A DNA stretch of 64,000 nt, from positions 131,513 to 195,512 of the forward strand of contig CAVTHZ010000008.1 in NCBI GenBank assembly GCA_963734675.1. Reading direction: 5' to 3'. How positions within the stretch are numbered: the stretch's first letter is position 1; the number at the start of each line of letters is the position of its first letter. Origin of the DNA: an uncultured Acidobacteriaceae bacterium (GTDB lineage Bacteria > Acidobacteriota > Terriglobia > Terriglobales > Acidobacteriaceae). The notes beneath the pieces are model-generated. The model ran no database searches. It was given only the letters and a program-made list of their open reading frames with translations, and was not told the origin of the DNA. Below, piece by piece: positions 36,233-46,584 of this stretch. Made by a program: the position numbers and the translations under genes.

Positions 36233-36952
36233 ATGTCGACCATCGTATTGGTGCACGGAGCATGGCAATCGGCTGGCACTTGGGACCTGCTAGCTCCGCT
36301 TTTGCTAAAACACGGTCATGAAGTTATCACACCGGTATTGAGCGGACTCGGTACAGACCAAGGACGTCTATCTCCCGAAATTACACTGGCGCAGCACGTG
36401 GAGGACGTGACGACACAACTAAAAAACCTTCCAGACAAAAGTGTACTCGTGGGTCACAGCTACGCTGGCATGGTCATAAGCGGCGCGGTGGAGGCCGTGC
36501 CAAGTAAGGTGCGTAACTTGGTTTTTCTGGACGCGTTCATTCCAGAAAATGGGCAAAGCGTGTTGGATGTGCTTCCGCCTGAGACTGGTGCGTATTTTCG
36601 CCAAGTCGCGGTGGAGCATGGAGAAGGCTGGCGTCTGCCCGGTGGCGAGCCACAACTCGATCTCTGGGGGTTAAAGACTGGCGAAGCCCGCGACTTTGTT
36701 CGGTCCAGGCTTTGTGATTTCAGTTTAGAGTGCTTTGAAGAACCACTTTCTCTTCCTGCCAATCGAAAGGCCGGCTTCGCTGCCACATACGTGAGTTGTG
36801 TTGCGGAGACATATCCCGCTAGATCATTCTTCGAGCCGTTCGCCAGCAAGGCTCGCAATGCGGGCTGGCGCGTCTTCGAGTTGAAGACTGGCCATGACTG
36901 CCATGTCGAACGACCCCAGGAGGTAGCGAATATCTTGCTTTCTGTAGCTTAA
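36233..36952 (+). CDS. alpha/beta-fold hydrolase (esterase-like)
   Basis: IVLVHGAWQSAGTW, nucleophile elbow GHSYAG, C-terminal His (TGHDCHVERP). Confidence 0.7.
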   Translation: MSTIVLVHGAWQSAGTWDLLAPLLLKHGHEVITPVLSGLGTDQGRLSPEITLAQHVEDVTTQLKNLPDKSVLVGHSYAGMVISGAVEAVPSKVRNLVFLDAFIPENGQSVLDVLPPETGAYFRQVAVEHGEGWRLPGGEPQLDLWGLKTGEARDFVRSRLCDFSLECFEEPLSLPANRKAGFAATYVSCVAETYPARSFFEPFASKARNAGWRVFELKTGHDCHVERPQEVANILLSVA

Positions 36953-36961
36953 GCCAACGAC

Positions 36962-38314
36962 TCACTTCCCGTTCTTCGCCAGAAATCTCTCGATGAATCC
37001 CGTATCGAAATTCCCTGCACGGAAATCTGGATCGGCGAGAATCTTGCGATGCAGCGGAATCGTTGTGTACACGCCTTCCACTATGAACATCTCCAGCGCG
37101 CGCGACATGCGCGAGACAGCTTCGTTGCGGTCTTTGGCGCGGACGATCAGTTTGGCGATCAGAGAATCGTAATAGGGCGGGATCACACCTTCGGCGTAGG
37201 CGGCGGTGTCGACCCGCACGCCCGTGCCTCCGGGAGGATTGAACGTCGTAATCTTTCCTGCGGAGGGCGTGAACTTCTCGGGATGCTCGGCGTTAACGCG
37301 GCACTCGATGGAGTGGCCGCGATGCACGATGGGGCCTTGCAACACTTCACTCATGCGAGCGCCAGCGGCGATCATGATCTGGCTCTTGACCAGATCGACG
37401 TCGGTGACCATTTCCGTAACCGGATGCTCAACCTGGATCCGCGTATTCATTTCGATGAAATGCAACCGGCGGTCCTTGCCCATGAGGAATTCGATTGTGC
37501 CGGCGTTGGTATAGCCGATTTCCGCGAGCGACTTGCATAGGATGCCACCGACTTCGGCACGCAGCTCTGGCGTAACCTGGGTTGATGGCGATTCTTCCAG
37601 CAATTTCTGGTGGCGGCGCTGGATCGAGCATTCGCGCTCGCCGAGACTGACTACGTTGCCGTGCTCATCCGCCAGCACCTGGAATTCGATATGCCGCGGA
37701 TGCTCGACGTACTTCTCCATGTAGAGATCGCCATTGCCGAATGCGCCTGCGGCTTCAGATTGCGCGGCTTTGAACAGGCCGGGGAGTTCTTCTTCATTGC
37801 GGACGATTCTCATGCCGCGGCCTCCACCGCCGGCGGACGCTTTTACGATCACGGGAAAACCGACTTGTTTTGCCCACTCTATAGCTTCGCCGTCGGAGGC
37901 GATGATTCCATCTGATCCCGGAAGAATTGGCACCCCGGCGCGCTTCATGGCGGCGCGCGCTTTTTCTTTTTCGCCCATCAGCCGCGTGACTTCCGGGCGC
38001 GGGCCAATGAATTTGATGCCACTGGTTTCGCATACTTCGGCGAAGTTGGCATTTTCGGCGAGCAGGCCATAGCCGGGATGGATGGCGTCGACGTTGGCGA
38101 TTTCGGCGGCACTGATTACGGCCGGAATGTTCAGGTAGCTGTGCGCAAGTTGAGGCGGACCGATGCAGATGGCTTCGTCGGCAAAGCGCACGTGCAGAGA
38201 GTGGCGGTCGGCTTCGCTGTAAATAGCTACTGCGCGGACGCCAAGCTCTTTGCAGGCGCAAATGACGCGCAGGGCGATTTCTCCGCGATTGGCAATGAGG
38301 ATCTTTTTGAACAT
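36962..38314 (-). CDS. accC: acetyl-CoA carboxylase, biotin carboxylase subunit
   Basis: [25 protein letters not shown]..., ATP-grasp motifs ([24 protein letters not shown]). Confidence 0.95.
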   Translation of the reverse strand: MFKKILIANRGEIALRVICACKELGVRAVAIYSEADRHSLHVRFADEAICIGPPQLAHSYLNIPAVISAAEIANVDAIHPGYGLLAENANFAEVCETSGIKFIGPRPEVTRLMGEKEKARAAMKRAGVPILPGSDGIIASDGEAIEWAKQVGFPVIVKASAGGGGRGMRIVRNEEELPGLFKAAQSEAAGAFGNGDLYMEKYVEHPRHIEFQVLADEHGNVVSLGERECSIQRRHQKLLEESPSTQVTPELRAEVGGILCKSLAEIGYTNAGTIEFLMGKDRRLHFIEMNTRIQVEHPVTEMVTDVDLVKSQIMIAAGARMSEVLQGPIVHRGHSIECRVNAEHPEKFTPSAGKITTFNPPGGTGVRVDTAAYAEGVIPPYYDSLIAKLIVRAKDRNEAVSRMSRALEMFIVEGVYTTIPLHRKILADPDFRAGNFDTGFIERFLAKNGK

Positions 38315-38320
38315 GAAATC

Positions 38321-38391
38321 GAGTTATGAGCTATGAGCGGTGAGTTGCGAGCAAAATCATCAGTCGGTTCAACTCACAACTCGGTACTCAC
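38321..38391. repeat. low-complexity GAGYTRT-type spacer forming a hairpin between accB and accC
   Basis: GAGTTATGAGCTATGAGCGGTGAGTTGCGAG...TCAACTCACAACTCGGTACTCAC. GGTGAGTTG pairs with CAACTCAC. Confidence 0.4.
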
Positions 38392-38433
38392 GGGTTGAAA
38401 TGGCGCCTTCGGCAGGCATTTGAGAATTCCAAA

Positions 38434-38919
38434 TCACTTCTGGGGCCTTATAGCGAACAGTTCCTGGCCATATTCGATGGGCTGTCCGTTGCTGGCTAGC
38501 TTTTTAACGATTTCACCGGCCACGTCGCATTCAATTTCGTTCAGGAGCTTCATGGCTTCGACGATGCAGACCACCTGGCCCACTTCCACGGTATCGCCGA
38601 TTTTTACGAAAGGCGGAGCTCCGGGCGAGGGTGCTTCGTAAAACGTTCCTACGATCGGCGATTTCACCATCTGAAGGTTTTCTTCGGCTGCGGGGGCCGG
38701 CGATGAAGCGGGTGGCGCGGCAGCCGATGAGGACGGTTGCGCCTGGGCAATCGCGAGCGGAACAGAAAGCGGCGGCGCGGCGACAACCGGCGGATACACA
38801 ACTGTGTGTTCACCACCGCGTTTTATTTTTACTTTGACATCGCCGCGTTCCAGTTCAAATTCGGTGATGTCTTTTTCAATTAAGAACTCGATGAGTTCTT
38901 TCAGCTCTTTTTGGTTCAT
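38434..38919 (-). CDS. accB: acetyl-CoA carboxylase biotin carboxyl carrier protein
   Basis: Ala/Pro linker and biotinylation motif CIVEAMKLLNEIE. Confidence 0.9.
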   Translation of the reverse strand: MNQKELKELIEFLIEKDITEFELERGDVKVKIKRGGEHTVVYPPVVAAPPLSVPLAIAQAQPSSSAAAPPASSPAPAAEENLQMVKSPIVGTFYEAPSPGAPPFVKIGDTVEVGQVVCIVEAMKLLNEIECDVAGEIVKKLASNGQPIEYGQELFAIRPQK

Positions 38920-39013
38920 GTATTAAGGATGAAGCCCCTGTACTTTGAAACCTCGCATGTGGCCTCTCCGCAGGAGAGGGGCGCGCTGCATATCCTGCTG
39001 CAGATGCTGGAAA

Positions 39014-40114
39014 CTATAACGCCAGGAAATCCTTCTTCGTCGGGGTCAGCACCTCGCAGCCGGTTTCGCTGACGACAACCATGTCCTCGATTCTCACACC
39101 CCACTTGCCGGGGAAGTATACGCCCGGTTCAATGGTGATGACCATGCCGGGGCGCAGCGTTTCTTTCTGGCCCGCGGCAATACGCGGGCCCTCGTGAATT
39201 TCCAGCCCTACACCATGCCCGGTCGAGTGAGTAAAATAGCGGCCAAGGCCGGCTTTCTTCAATACCTTGCGCCCCGCAGCATCGACTTCTGCAACAGCTA
39301 CGCCGGGCTTTACCCAGGCAATCGAAGCCAACTGCGCCTCCAAAACCGAATCGTAGGCGTGGCGGGCGGCGTTAGGAACTGAACCGGACGCACCACTAAC
39401 CCATACAGTGCGCGTCTGGTCTGAACAATAACCACCGAGTATAACACCGAAATCGCAGACCACGAATGATCCCGCTGGAACGGCTTGCCCGGAGGCGCGG
39501 CCATGAGGCAAGGCAGATCTTGCTCCGGAAGCGATGATCGTCTCGAACGACATGGCTTCGGCCCCGGCCCGGCGGGCGGAGAATTCCATTTCGGCAGCCA
39601 CGTCGGTTTCCTGCACGCCCGGCCGTAAGACCTCCAGAGCGCGGTCGAATAGTGTGGCGCCCAAGTTCACAGCCGCGCGGATGCCTTGCAGTTCGGCGCC
39701 ATCTTTCACCATGCGAGCGCGCTCGACGACCGCGGCGGACGGCCTGAGCCTGACGCGCGACGGCAGCAGGTCGATAAGCTTTTTGTTCTCCGCCAGGGTC
39801 ATGTGCTCGCCTTCGACTCCGATGGAGGTGGAGCGCGACTTCCTCCGGCTGCGCGTGATCCAGCCGGCGAGCTCTCGCAGAATCGGCTGGCGGGAAATCA
39901 CGACCTTGGCGGCTTTTACTTCCTGACGCGCTTGCGGGTCGTAGCGAACGTCGGTGATGAAGATGCTGGCAGATTCGTCGATGAGGAGGACGCCTGCACT
40001 TCCGGTGAAGCCACAGAGATAGCGGATGTTGGGCAGGTGGCTGATCAGCAGGGCGTCGAAGCGGGTGGTGGCAAGATGGTTGCGCAGCAGATTCTGGCGT
40101 CCCTGGTAGTTCAT
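39014..40114 (-). CDS. M24-family Xaa-Pro aminopeptidase
   Basis: Creatinase-like N-domain ([22 protein letters not shown]) and pita-bread metal ligands ([31 protein letters not shown]). Start set at MNYQGRQ. Confidence 0.8.
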   Translation of the reverse strand: MNYQGRQNLLRNHLATTRFDALLISHLPNIRYLCGFTGSAGVLLIDESASIFITDVRYDPQARQEVKAAKVVISRQPILRELAGWITRSRRKSRSTSIGVEGEHMTLAENKKLIDLLPSRVRLRPSAAVVERARMVKDGAELQGIRAAVNLGATLFDRALEVLRPGVQETDVAAEMEFSARRAGAEAMSFETIIASGARSALPHGRASGQAVPAGSFVVCDFGVILGGYCSDQTRTVWVSGASGSVPNAARHAYDSVLEAQLASIAWVKPGVAVAEVDAAGRKVLKKAGLGRYFTHSTGHGVGLEIHEGPRIAAGQKETLRPGMVITIEPGVYFPGKWGVRIEDMVVVSETGCEVLTPTKKDFLAL

Positions 40115-40257
40115 CCGGGACGAGTTTAGCAGGAAGTACAGAGCCTGCGCGCCACGGGGCATGAGCTACGAGCAGGAACAGTCGGTTTTCGGGAACCTGG
40201 ACGAGTCAAGTGGAAGGCGGACCGCCCTCAATGCTCGTACATCGCTCCTGGTTGTCA

Positions 40258-40298
40258 AAGACAAAACCGCCGGCCTGACAGGTTCTTCGGGCCGGCGG
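40258..40298 (-). terminator. rho-independent terminator of the pil operon
   Basis: Stem CCGCCGGCC / GGCCGGCGG (40267-40275 with 40290-40298), then TTTTGTCTTT on the minus strand. It starts about 26 nt after the pilQ stop. Confidence 0.65.
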
Positions 40299-40323
40299 TT
40301 CGAATCTTCTGCTTGCGCTGCGC

Positions 40324-42465
40324 TTATGTCTGAATGATTCGCGGCGTGATGAAGAAGATGAGCTCCTGATTTTCGGTATTTACAGTCGTATGTTTGAACA
40401 GGTTGCCGAGGATCGGAATATTTCCAAGCACGGGCACCTGGTCGATGTTGATTGAGTTCTGCGTCTGGATCACGCCGCCGATCACCACCGTACCGCCGTC
40501 GGTGACGAGCACCTGAGTGGTGGCCTGCTGCGTAATCAGTTCGGGGTTGCCCTGCACTTCCTGTCCGAAGTTCGGGGTGGTGTTTTCCACGTCAACATTC
40601 AGGAAGATCGTGTTTTCCGAGGTAATTTGCGGAGTCACGGTTAAGCGCAGGAACGCGTCTACATAAGTGACCGTTGGCGGACCGCCCAACTGCGCCTGAG
40701 TCACGATTGGTACGCGGACGCCCTGTTTCACAAGCGCTTGAATGTTGTTCTGCGTGACCACTCGCGGACGCGAAAGAACTTTGAGCAAGCCGCGCGATTC
40801 AGCCATTGAAAGCACGGCATCGATTCGCACGGTATTGCTGGCATTGAGGAGCGTGAAGCCGCTGGTTGGCGAGGTCACGCCCAGGTTCGAGAACAGTGGG
40901 ATGGTCGATCCCGTAGTGGTACCGGTGCCCGGCAGCGTGATATAGCCGGGGGTCAGTCCGTTGACCGTTGTCGGAGAAGTACCGGCGGTCGCGTTTCCAC
41001 CGATAGCGCTGTGCCCATTGCCCCATCCGAAGCCGAGCTGCGTGCCGATGTCGCGGGCAAACTGTCGAGTTGCGGCTACGACGCGAGCTTCGATTTCCAC
41101 TTCCTGGGTCTTACGATCAAGCTGCGTCAGGAGGCGGTCGATGACCGGAATCACCTTCGGGATATCGTTAACGATGACGGCATTGGTACGCTCATCGGCG
41201 ACCACATCGCCACGCTGCGAGAGGAACTTCTTCACAGTTGCGATGGCATCCTTGGCGTGAGCGTAGCTGAGGAAGCGGGTAACGGAAACTTTTTCGACCG
41301 CCATGGCTTCCGCTTCTACCTGCGCGCGCCGGGCATCAGCTTCTTTCTTGAGCGTGTCGACGGTGGCGATGCGAAGAACGTTGCCTTCTAGTTCGCGGGC
41401 CAGATCGTTGTTCTTGAGCACGATGTCCAGAGCCTGATCCCACGGTACGTCATCGAGAACGATCGTCAGAGTGCCGTGAACATTAGGATCGAGCACGATG
41501 TTCAGACCGCTGATTTCGTGGATGAGGCGGAAGAAATCTTTCAAGTCGACATCTTTCAGGTTCACCGAGATCGGCTCGCCTGTGTACTTGGGACCAACCG
41601 AAGCAGGCTGCTGTCCAGATTGCGCTCTCTGTTCGGCGGCAAGATTGACCGCGGGCTGAAAACTAGGGGCCGCAGCGTTGCTTTGGGCCGACATCTGCGC
41701 ATTTTCGCTGACGGGCAACAGCTCGGGAGCAGTCTTGTCCGCAAACTTTGCGGCAGCTTCCTGGGCGCGGTCTGCGGGCTCAGCAGTGGCAGCGCTAGCG
41801 GAAGCGGCAGGGTTAGCTTTAGGCGTGTACGTTGGTTCGACGAATACAAAATCGTTGGAGGCGGCTGGAGCAGTCGCAGGGGCTGCAGCCGGCGCTGAAT
41901 TTTTCGTCTCGACATTCGCGCTCGGGGCCTTGACCTCGATTACGCGAGCGGCGAAAGGAGAAGGCTGCCTGGTCATCTGAACAGTGGCAACGTCGGCAAC
42001 CGTGGTTTTCGCAAGCGGCTTGGAAGCAGGGGCAGCGCTGGCGATAGTGTTGGACCCATGCAGAGTGAGCACCAGCTGGCCATCAGCGGAGGGCGCGAGC
42101 TCATAGCGGCAAGAGTGCTCGAGATCCACGACGACACGCGTGGTGGGCGGATTCTGGCCGTCCATGCCGATGCGCACTTCTTTCACGTCGGCACTGCCCA
42201 CGGTGATGTGGCTTTGACGCGTAGCCATGATCGTCCCGGGCAGATCCACGATTAAACGCTTCGGGGAATCCGCCGTGGACAGCTTTGGCGTCACCGTGCC
42301 GCGCGCATTGATGACGACGCGGATTTCATCCGCGCCGCGCACCACACTGACGCGCTGCAGCTCGTTTCGTTGGCCCGCCGCCGGCGCAGCCGGGGTGTCT
42401 GTAGCTGAAGCCATCAGCCCAGTGAGCAGCAACGATAGGAATACACTCAGCAGTTGCTTTCGCAT
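40324..42465 (-). CDS. pilQ: type IV pilus secretin PilQ (AMIN domain plus secretin)
   Basis: Signal peptide, AMIN-like N-domain (RVSVVRGADEIRVVINARG...LIVDLPGT), Ala/Pro-rich linker, STN/secretin N-domains, and C-terminal secretin motif VPVLGNIPILGNLFK. Confidence 0.9.
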   Translation of the reverse strand: MRKQLLSVFLSLLLTGLMASATDTPAAPAAGQRNELQRVSVVRGADEIRVVINARGTVTPKLSTADSPKRLIVDLPGTIMATRQSHITVGSADVKEVRIGMDGQNPPTTRVVVDLEHSCRYELAPSADGQLVLTLHGSNTIASAAPASKPLAKTTVADVATVQMTRQPSPFAARVIEVKAPSANVETKNSAPAAAPATAPAASNDFVFVEPTYTPKANPAASASAATAEPADRAQEAAAKFADKTAPELLPVSENAQMSAQSNAAAPSFQPAVNLAAEQRAQSGQQPASVGPKYTGEPISVNLKDVDLKDFFRLIHEISGLNIVLDPNVHGTLTIVLDDVPWDQALDIVLKNNDLARELEGNVLRIATVDTLKKEADARRAQVEAEAMAVEKVSVTRFLSYAHAKDAIATVKKFLSQRGDVVADERTNAVIVNDIPKVIPVIDRLLTQLDRKTQEVEIEARVVAATRQFARDIGTQLGFGWGNGHSAIGGNATAGTSPTTVNGLTPGYITLPGTGTTTGSTIPLFSNLGVTSPTSGFTLLNASNTVRIDAVLSMAESRGLLKVLSRPRVVTQNNIQALVKQGVRVPIVTQAQLGGPPTVTYVDAFLRLTVTPQITSENTIFLNVDVENTTPNFGQEVQGNPELITQQATTQVLVTDGGTVVIGGVIQTQNSINIDQVPVLGNIPILGNLFKHTTVNTENQELIFFITPRIIQT

Positions 42466-42560
42466 TTCGCCTCTCCCAGACTCGCGGGTCTGCCCCGCGG
42501 GTCCCTTGCCAGAATTCGTCTTTCGCGGCGCTCCGGTTTCCCTCGCGCCTTTATTTCCAA

Positions 42561-43529
42561 CTAAACAGCCGGCGTAGAGATTCGCTTGACAACTTCACGC
42601 GTCAGCGCTTTGCCCAGCTGGTCCGTATAAGTTTCCTGGAACACAACCGTGTCGCCGGTAATGCGCACAACGTAACCGTTAAATACGGGATCGTTTTCCC
42701 GCAGGAAATATGCTTTGCCCAGATTGTTCGTGACCACCGCAATGAAGCCGCTATCGGACTTCACCACGCCATGCAGATTGATCGAGCCGATTTCGAGACA
42801 TTTTTTGCCAGTGGAGCAACCTGAGCCTGTCGGCTGCTGTACCACCGGGCTGAAGAACGGATCACGCTTGCCGTTCATCGCCCACTTTTTCTCCTCGGGC
42901 TTGGGTGGCTTGGCCGCTTCGGCAGTCTTGGCTACGACGACTGGAGCTGTCTCGGCCGGAGCTTTCGGCGCGGCGGAAATCACGGTTTTTTCATGTTTCT
43001 TCTCGCCGGGCTTCGCAGTTCCCTTCGGACTCGCTGCAACGCTTATCTTCTCGGCGGGTTTTGCACTTGCACTTACTTTTACGGCCGGCTTCGCAGTTGC
43101 ATTCGTGCTTATCCCCACGACCGGCTTCACGCTTGCCTTCGTGCTGGCTTTACTCGCCACTTGCTTTACAGCCACCGTTTTGGGTTCTGCGTGCTTGTCC
43201 GCAACTGCAGTCTTGGGAGCCACCGCACCAGACTTGCTTGCCGGGGCAGCCCCTTGTGCTTTCGCGGGCGCGGCAGCCGGAGCAGGAGTATTTTTGGCGG
43301 CCGAAGGCGCTGCCGGATTTGCAGCCTTCGCGGGAGCACCCGGGGCAGGCTTCGCTGCTTGATTTGGACTCGACGCGTTCTTGATCCCCAGGGCAGCATT
43401 TGAATCGGTCGTTTTCTGCTGCTGCACCGAGTTCATGGTGTTCTGCACGCTTTGGATGACGTTCGGATTCTGTGCCCAGAGTTCGCCCGCCATCAATCCC
43501 ACTGCGAGAAGTGTTGTCGTTAGCTTCAT
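42561..43529 (-). CDS. pilP: PilP-like pilus assembly lipoprotein with a ~200-aa Ala/Pro/Lys-rich insertion
   Basis: Signal peptide, long low-complexity AKP-rich region, and a C-terminal PilP-type beta domain (GKRDPFFSPV...INLHGVV...AVV......YFLRENDPVFNGYVVRITGDTVVF). Confidence 0.7.
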   Translation of the reverse strand: MKLTTTLLAVGLMAGELWAQNPNVIQSVQNTMNSVQQQKTTDSNAALGIKNASSPNQAAKPAPGAPAKAANPAAPSAAKNTPAPAAAPAKAQGAAPASKSGAVAPKTAVADKHAEPKTVAVKQVASKASTKASVKPVVGISTNATAKPAVKVSASAKPAEKISVAASPKGTAKPGEKKHEKTVISAAPKAPAETAPVVVAKTAEAAKPPKPEEKKWAMNGKRDPFFSPVVQQPTGSGCSTGKKCLEIGSINLHGVVKSDSGFIAVVTNNLGKAYFLRENDPVFNGYVVRITGDTVVFQETYTDQLGKALTREVVKRISTPAV

Positions 43530-43537
43530 AGCGATTC

Positions 43538-44176
43538 CTATTTGGCTCCGGGCGCTTTGGCTCCCGGCCCAGCACCGGCCGGCTCCAGGTCGTGACTGAA
43601 GAATGTAGTTGCGGTGAAAGTCGCGACCACACTCTCATTCGGCGCGTACTGATATGTATGCTTGGCTTTGGCGTCCGCCGGATTTTTCGTATTCCCGACC
43701 ATCAATCCGCTGATGTTCACGATGCGCTCGAGTTTGCCGACGCGATCGAAGAAGTTCAGCATCGAGTAGTAGGGTCCATCTAATTCCATGTCGAATGGAA
43801 GCTCGGAGTAATAATCCCTGGCGGCGACGGGCTTTGCGGTGTATCGGCGAAGTTCCACGCCGGCTTTCTGCGCTTCCCCGTCCATGGTCTGGATGAAGGT
43901 ATCGACATCCTTGTCGTCAGGAACGATGCGCCGCTCGATTTCGAGCTGCTGCTTCAGGTTGGCGAGCTGGCGTTCCATATCCTTGAGCTTGGGACGATAG
44001 GATTCGAGTTCGTTGTTTTCCCGAACCTTCGTCTGTAAGGCTGTTTGCGCCGTCGCATTCTTGTCACTCATGCTCTTGAACATGGTGAAGTACAGTGCCG
44101 CGGTCACAATTGCCCCGCCGGCAAGCACTGCGCCCCACTGCTTCAAGCCCGAGAGTTCGCTGAAATTGATCGCCAT
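43538..44176 (-). CDS. pilO: type IV pilus assembly protein PilO
   Basis: Single N-terminal TM helix, a coiled coil (LANLKQQLEIERRIVP) and a ferredoxin-like C-domain. Position between pilN and pilP. Confidence 0.8.
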   Translation of the reverse strand: MAINFSELSGLKQWGAVLAGGAIVTAALYFTMFKSMSDKNATAQTALQTKVRENNELESYRPKLKDMERQLANLKQQLEIERRIVPDDKDVDTFIQTMDGEAQKAGVELRRYTAKPVAARDYYSELPFDMELDGPYYSMLNFFDRVGKLERIVNISGLMVGNTKNPADAKAKHTYQYAPNESVVATFTATTFFSHDLEPAGAGPGAKAPGAK

Positions 44177-44187
44177 AGGTCTATTCC

Positions 44188-44781
44188 TTACGACTTTCCC
44201 TTCACGCAGCTGAGTGTGAACTGAAAGGCCTGCATGTCTTTAATCGTGTCGTCCTGAAAGGTCTCTTTCATTTCCACACTCGAGAAGAATCCGGTCTTTT
44301 GCAGATTGCCAATCAGATTAGCCACCGCATCGGTGCTCAGAGCGGTGCCTTCCACGTTCAAGCTCGGTCCGGTGTCATCCATTTTGCGCAGCCAAACCGC
44401 TTCGGTGCCGTTGACGGTTTCACCCATCATGGCCAGCAGATTCACCGGGCCAGCCTGGCCGTCGCGGAGCTTATCGATCACATCAACGCGCCGCTTGTAG
44501 TTGTCGGCCTGGCGTTGACGCTCGAGGAAGCGCGCCTTGACGTCGCTGAGTTCGCGATTCTTCAGTTCGGCAGCCTGCATTTGCTGTGCGATGCTTTTGC
44601 CCTGCCGGTCAAGCCGGTACCAGTAACCGAAATTGATGACGCCCGCGACCAGCAAAATCACGAGCACCTTGAGCTTGGGCGAGCCAAGGTCGCCCATCTC
44701 CATGCTTGGCATCGAGGGACCGCCGCCGCCGGCGCGCTTGCCCTTGCTCTTTGCCGTTTCGAGAAGATTGATTTTGATCAT
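44188..44781 (-). CDS. pilN: type IV pilus assembly protein PilN
   Basis: MIKINLLE N-terminus (the PilM-binding motif), one TM helix, and a 4-nt overlap with the pilM stop. Confidence 0.85.
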   Translation of the reverse strand: MIKINLLETAKSKGKRAGGGGPSMPSMEMGDLGSPKLKVLVILLVAGVINFGYWYRLDRQGKSIAQQMQAAELKNRELSDVKARFLERQRQADNYKRRVDVIDKLRDGQAGPVNLLAMMGETVNGTEAVWLRKMDDTGPSLNVEGTALSTDAVANLIGNLQKTGFFSSVEMKETFQDDTIKDMQAFQFTLSCVKGKS

Positions 44782-45833
44782 AGGGATTCAAAGCTCCTCA
44801 AAGCCAAGCCCACAGCCACAGCCAGCTGGCCGGGATTCTGCTCCACCAGTTGCACGCCCGGACCTTCCGCGGGCGGCACAACGCGCTGAAACGGATTCAA
44901 CAAATCCACCGGCATCGAGAACTCCTGCCGCAGCGCTTCCATCAAGCCGGGAACTTTTGCCGAGCCGCCGGCCAGATAGATTTTCTCGATGTGCTCGCCA
45001 GCCGCGCTGGCGCGGAAGAAATCGAACGTCTTTTGAATTTCGAGCACGATGATTTCCGTCACTTGTTGCAGGATCGGCCCCTTTGCGTCTTCGCTGACCG
45101 TTCCCACTTTCTCGCCGAGCTTTAACTTCTCGGCATCATCAAAATTGAGATCGAGTTCCTTCTGGAGCGAGTCCGTGTACTGATGGCCGCCGACGCTGAC
45201 GTCGCGGGGGAAGAGCGGCGTTGTGCCCTTGACGATATTGATGTTCATGACGCTGGCGCCCAAGTTCAGCAGCGCCACCACCTGGCCCGGCGCCGGCTGG
45301 TAGTTGTACTCGTAGCAGTTCTGCAGCGCCAACGCGTCGATATCGACAATAGCCGGGGTCCGGCCTGCCATCGAGAGTACGTTGGTGTAGTTCAAAATCT
45401 TGTCCTTCTTCACGGCGACCAGCAGAACGTCCATCTGCGGGCTGCCCGGCTCTTCGGAAAGAATCTGATAGTCGAGGCTGACATCGGCGAGATCGAAGGG
45501 AATGTGCTGCGCAGCTTCTTTTTCGATAGTTTCGGCGAGTTCCTGATCGCTCATCGAAGGCAGCGAGATCTTTTTCACGATGACCGAGTGTCCGCTGACT
45601 GCGGTAGCGACTGCTTTCGTCTTGATGAGGCAATCGGTGAACAGTTTGGCGATCGCACTCGAGACGGTGCCCGAGTCGACAATCATTGAGTCGACAACGA
45701 TGTCGGAGGCCAGCGGCTCGAGGCCCAAATGAGAGACTTCGATGTTGCCGCCCTTCTTTCTCAACTCCACCGCCTTAATGCTCGAAGAGCCCACATCCAG
45801 ACCTACAATCGACTTCGATCCCATTCCAAACAT
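44778..45833 (-). CDS. pilM: type IV pilus assembly ATPase-like protein PilM (actin-like fold)
   Basis: IVGLDVGSSSIKAVEL..., GASVMNINIV, LAGGSAKVPGL are actin/FtsA-like motifs. Start set at MFGMGSK. Confidence 0.9.
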   Translation of the reverse strand: MFGMGSKSIVGLDVGSSSIKAVELRKKGGNIEVSHLGLEPLASDIVVDSMIVDSGTVSSAIAKLFTDCLIKTKAVATAVSGHSVIVKKISLPSMSDQELAETIEKEAAQHIPFDLADVSLDYQILSEEPGSPQMDVLLVAVKKDKILNYTNVLSMAGRTPAIVDIDALALQNCYEYNYQPAPGQVVALLNLGASVMNINIVKGTTPLFPRDVSVGGHQYTDSLQKELDLNFDDAEKLKLGEKVGTVSEDAKGPILQQVTEIIVLEIQKTFDFFRASAAGEHIEKIYLAGGSAKVPGLMEALRQEFSMPVDLLNPFQRVVPPAEGPGVQLVEQNPGQLAVAVGLALRSFESL

Positions 45834-45884
45834 GTGCCCGCCTTTGCTGTGTGGCGCGGGCACTCTTGCCCGCGACGTTTTTGT

Positions 45885-46115
45885 CTACGACTGTCCGGCA
45901 GCTTTCGCGGCCGCCTTCGGTTTTCGTTTCGGTTCGATCTGGCTCGATTTCTCTTCCATCCACTGGTCGAGGCGCGACTTTTTGAAGCGCCATCGGTTGC
46001 CCAGTTTGAATGCGGGAATTGTCTGTTCGCCGACGTACTTGTAAAGCGTGTCGGGGCTCACGCCCAGGTACTGCGACGCTTGCCGAATATTCATCACTTC
46101 CCGCGAATCGGCCAT
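45885..46115 (-). CDS. excisionase-family (MerR-like) helix-turn-helix DNA-binding protein
   Basis: MNIRQASQYLGVSPDTLYKYVGEQTIPAFKLGNRWRFKKSRLDQWM is a typical excisionase-family HTH, with a basic C-terminal tail. It lies directly upstream of pilM on the same strand. Confidence 0.7.
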   Translation of the reverse strand: MADSREVMNIRQASQYLGVSPDTLYKYVGEQTIPAFKLGNRWRFKKSRLDQWMEEKSSQIEPKRKPKAAAKAAGQS

Positions 46116-46584
46116 AGCTTCCTTGCCACTTCCGCCAGAACTCCCGTGCCGGTCCGGCCACGAGATTTCCTTTGCGACTCTTGAAAACCTTCGGCAAAAC
46201 TCTCCGAGAGCTTTCGTGTCCAGAGCATATATCAGGCCCAAAAAACCGAAACTCGAAGCGAGTTTCCGGTATTTGCCCGGTTTTTTAGGGGTTTGCTGGA
46301 AATGGGAATCGGGCCGGATTGGGTGAATTTCTATATATTGTGGTTTTGGGAGAGTGTGTGTCGATTAGGAGGGGTCACCGCGCACATCGCCGTCGGTGAC
46401 TTTGGAACCCATAACCGAAGTACTACAGACGGTACGGAAGTACTTGGACGATGGCGGAAGTGTCTGAGAGCAGAAGGGTTAATTTGACCCCGGGCTTGAT
46501 GAGTACATTCAGAGCGGGACCGAGTTAAGGCTCTTCAACGGCATCTTGCGAGTTCGGGAATGGCAACGATTGGTTCTCGCACGG

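Noticed and set aside
42715-43403. Several plus-strand ORFs (215, 159 and 136 aa) across the pilP low-complexity region
   Set aside because: They arise from the antisense of the Ala/Pro/Lys-rich repeat. Their composition is low-complexity, and pilP on the minus strand fits the operon context.
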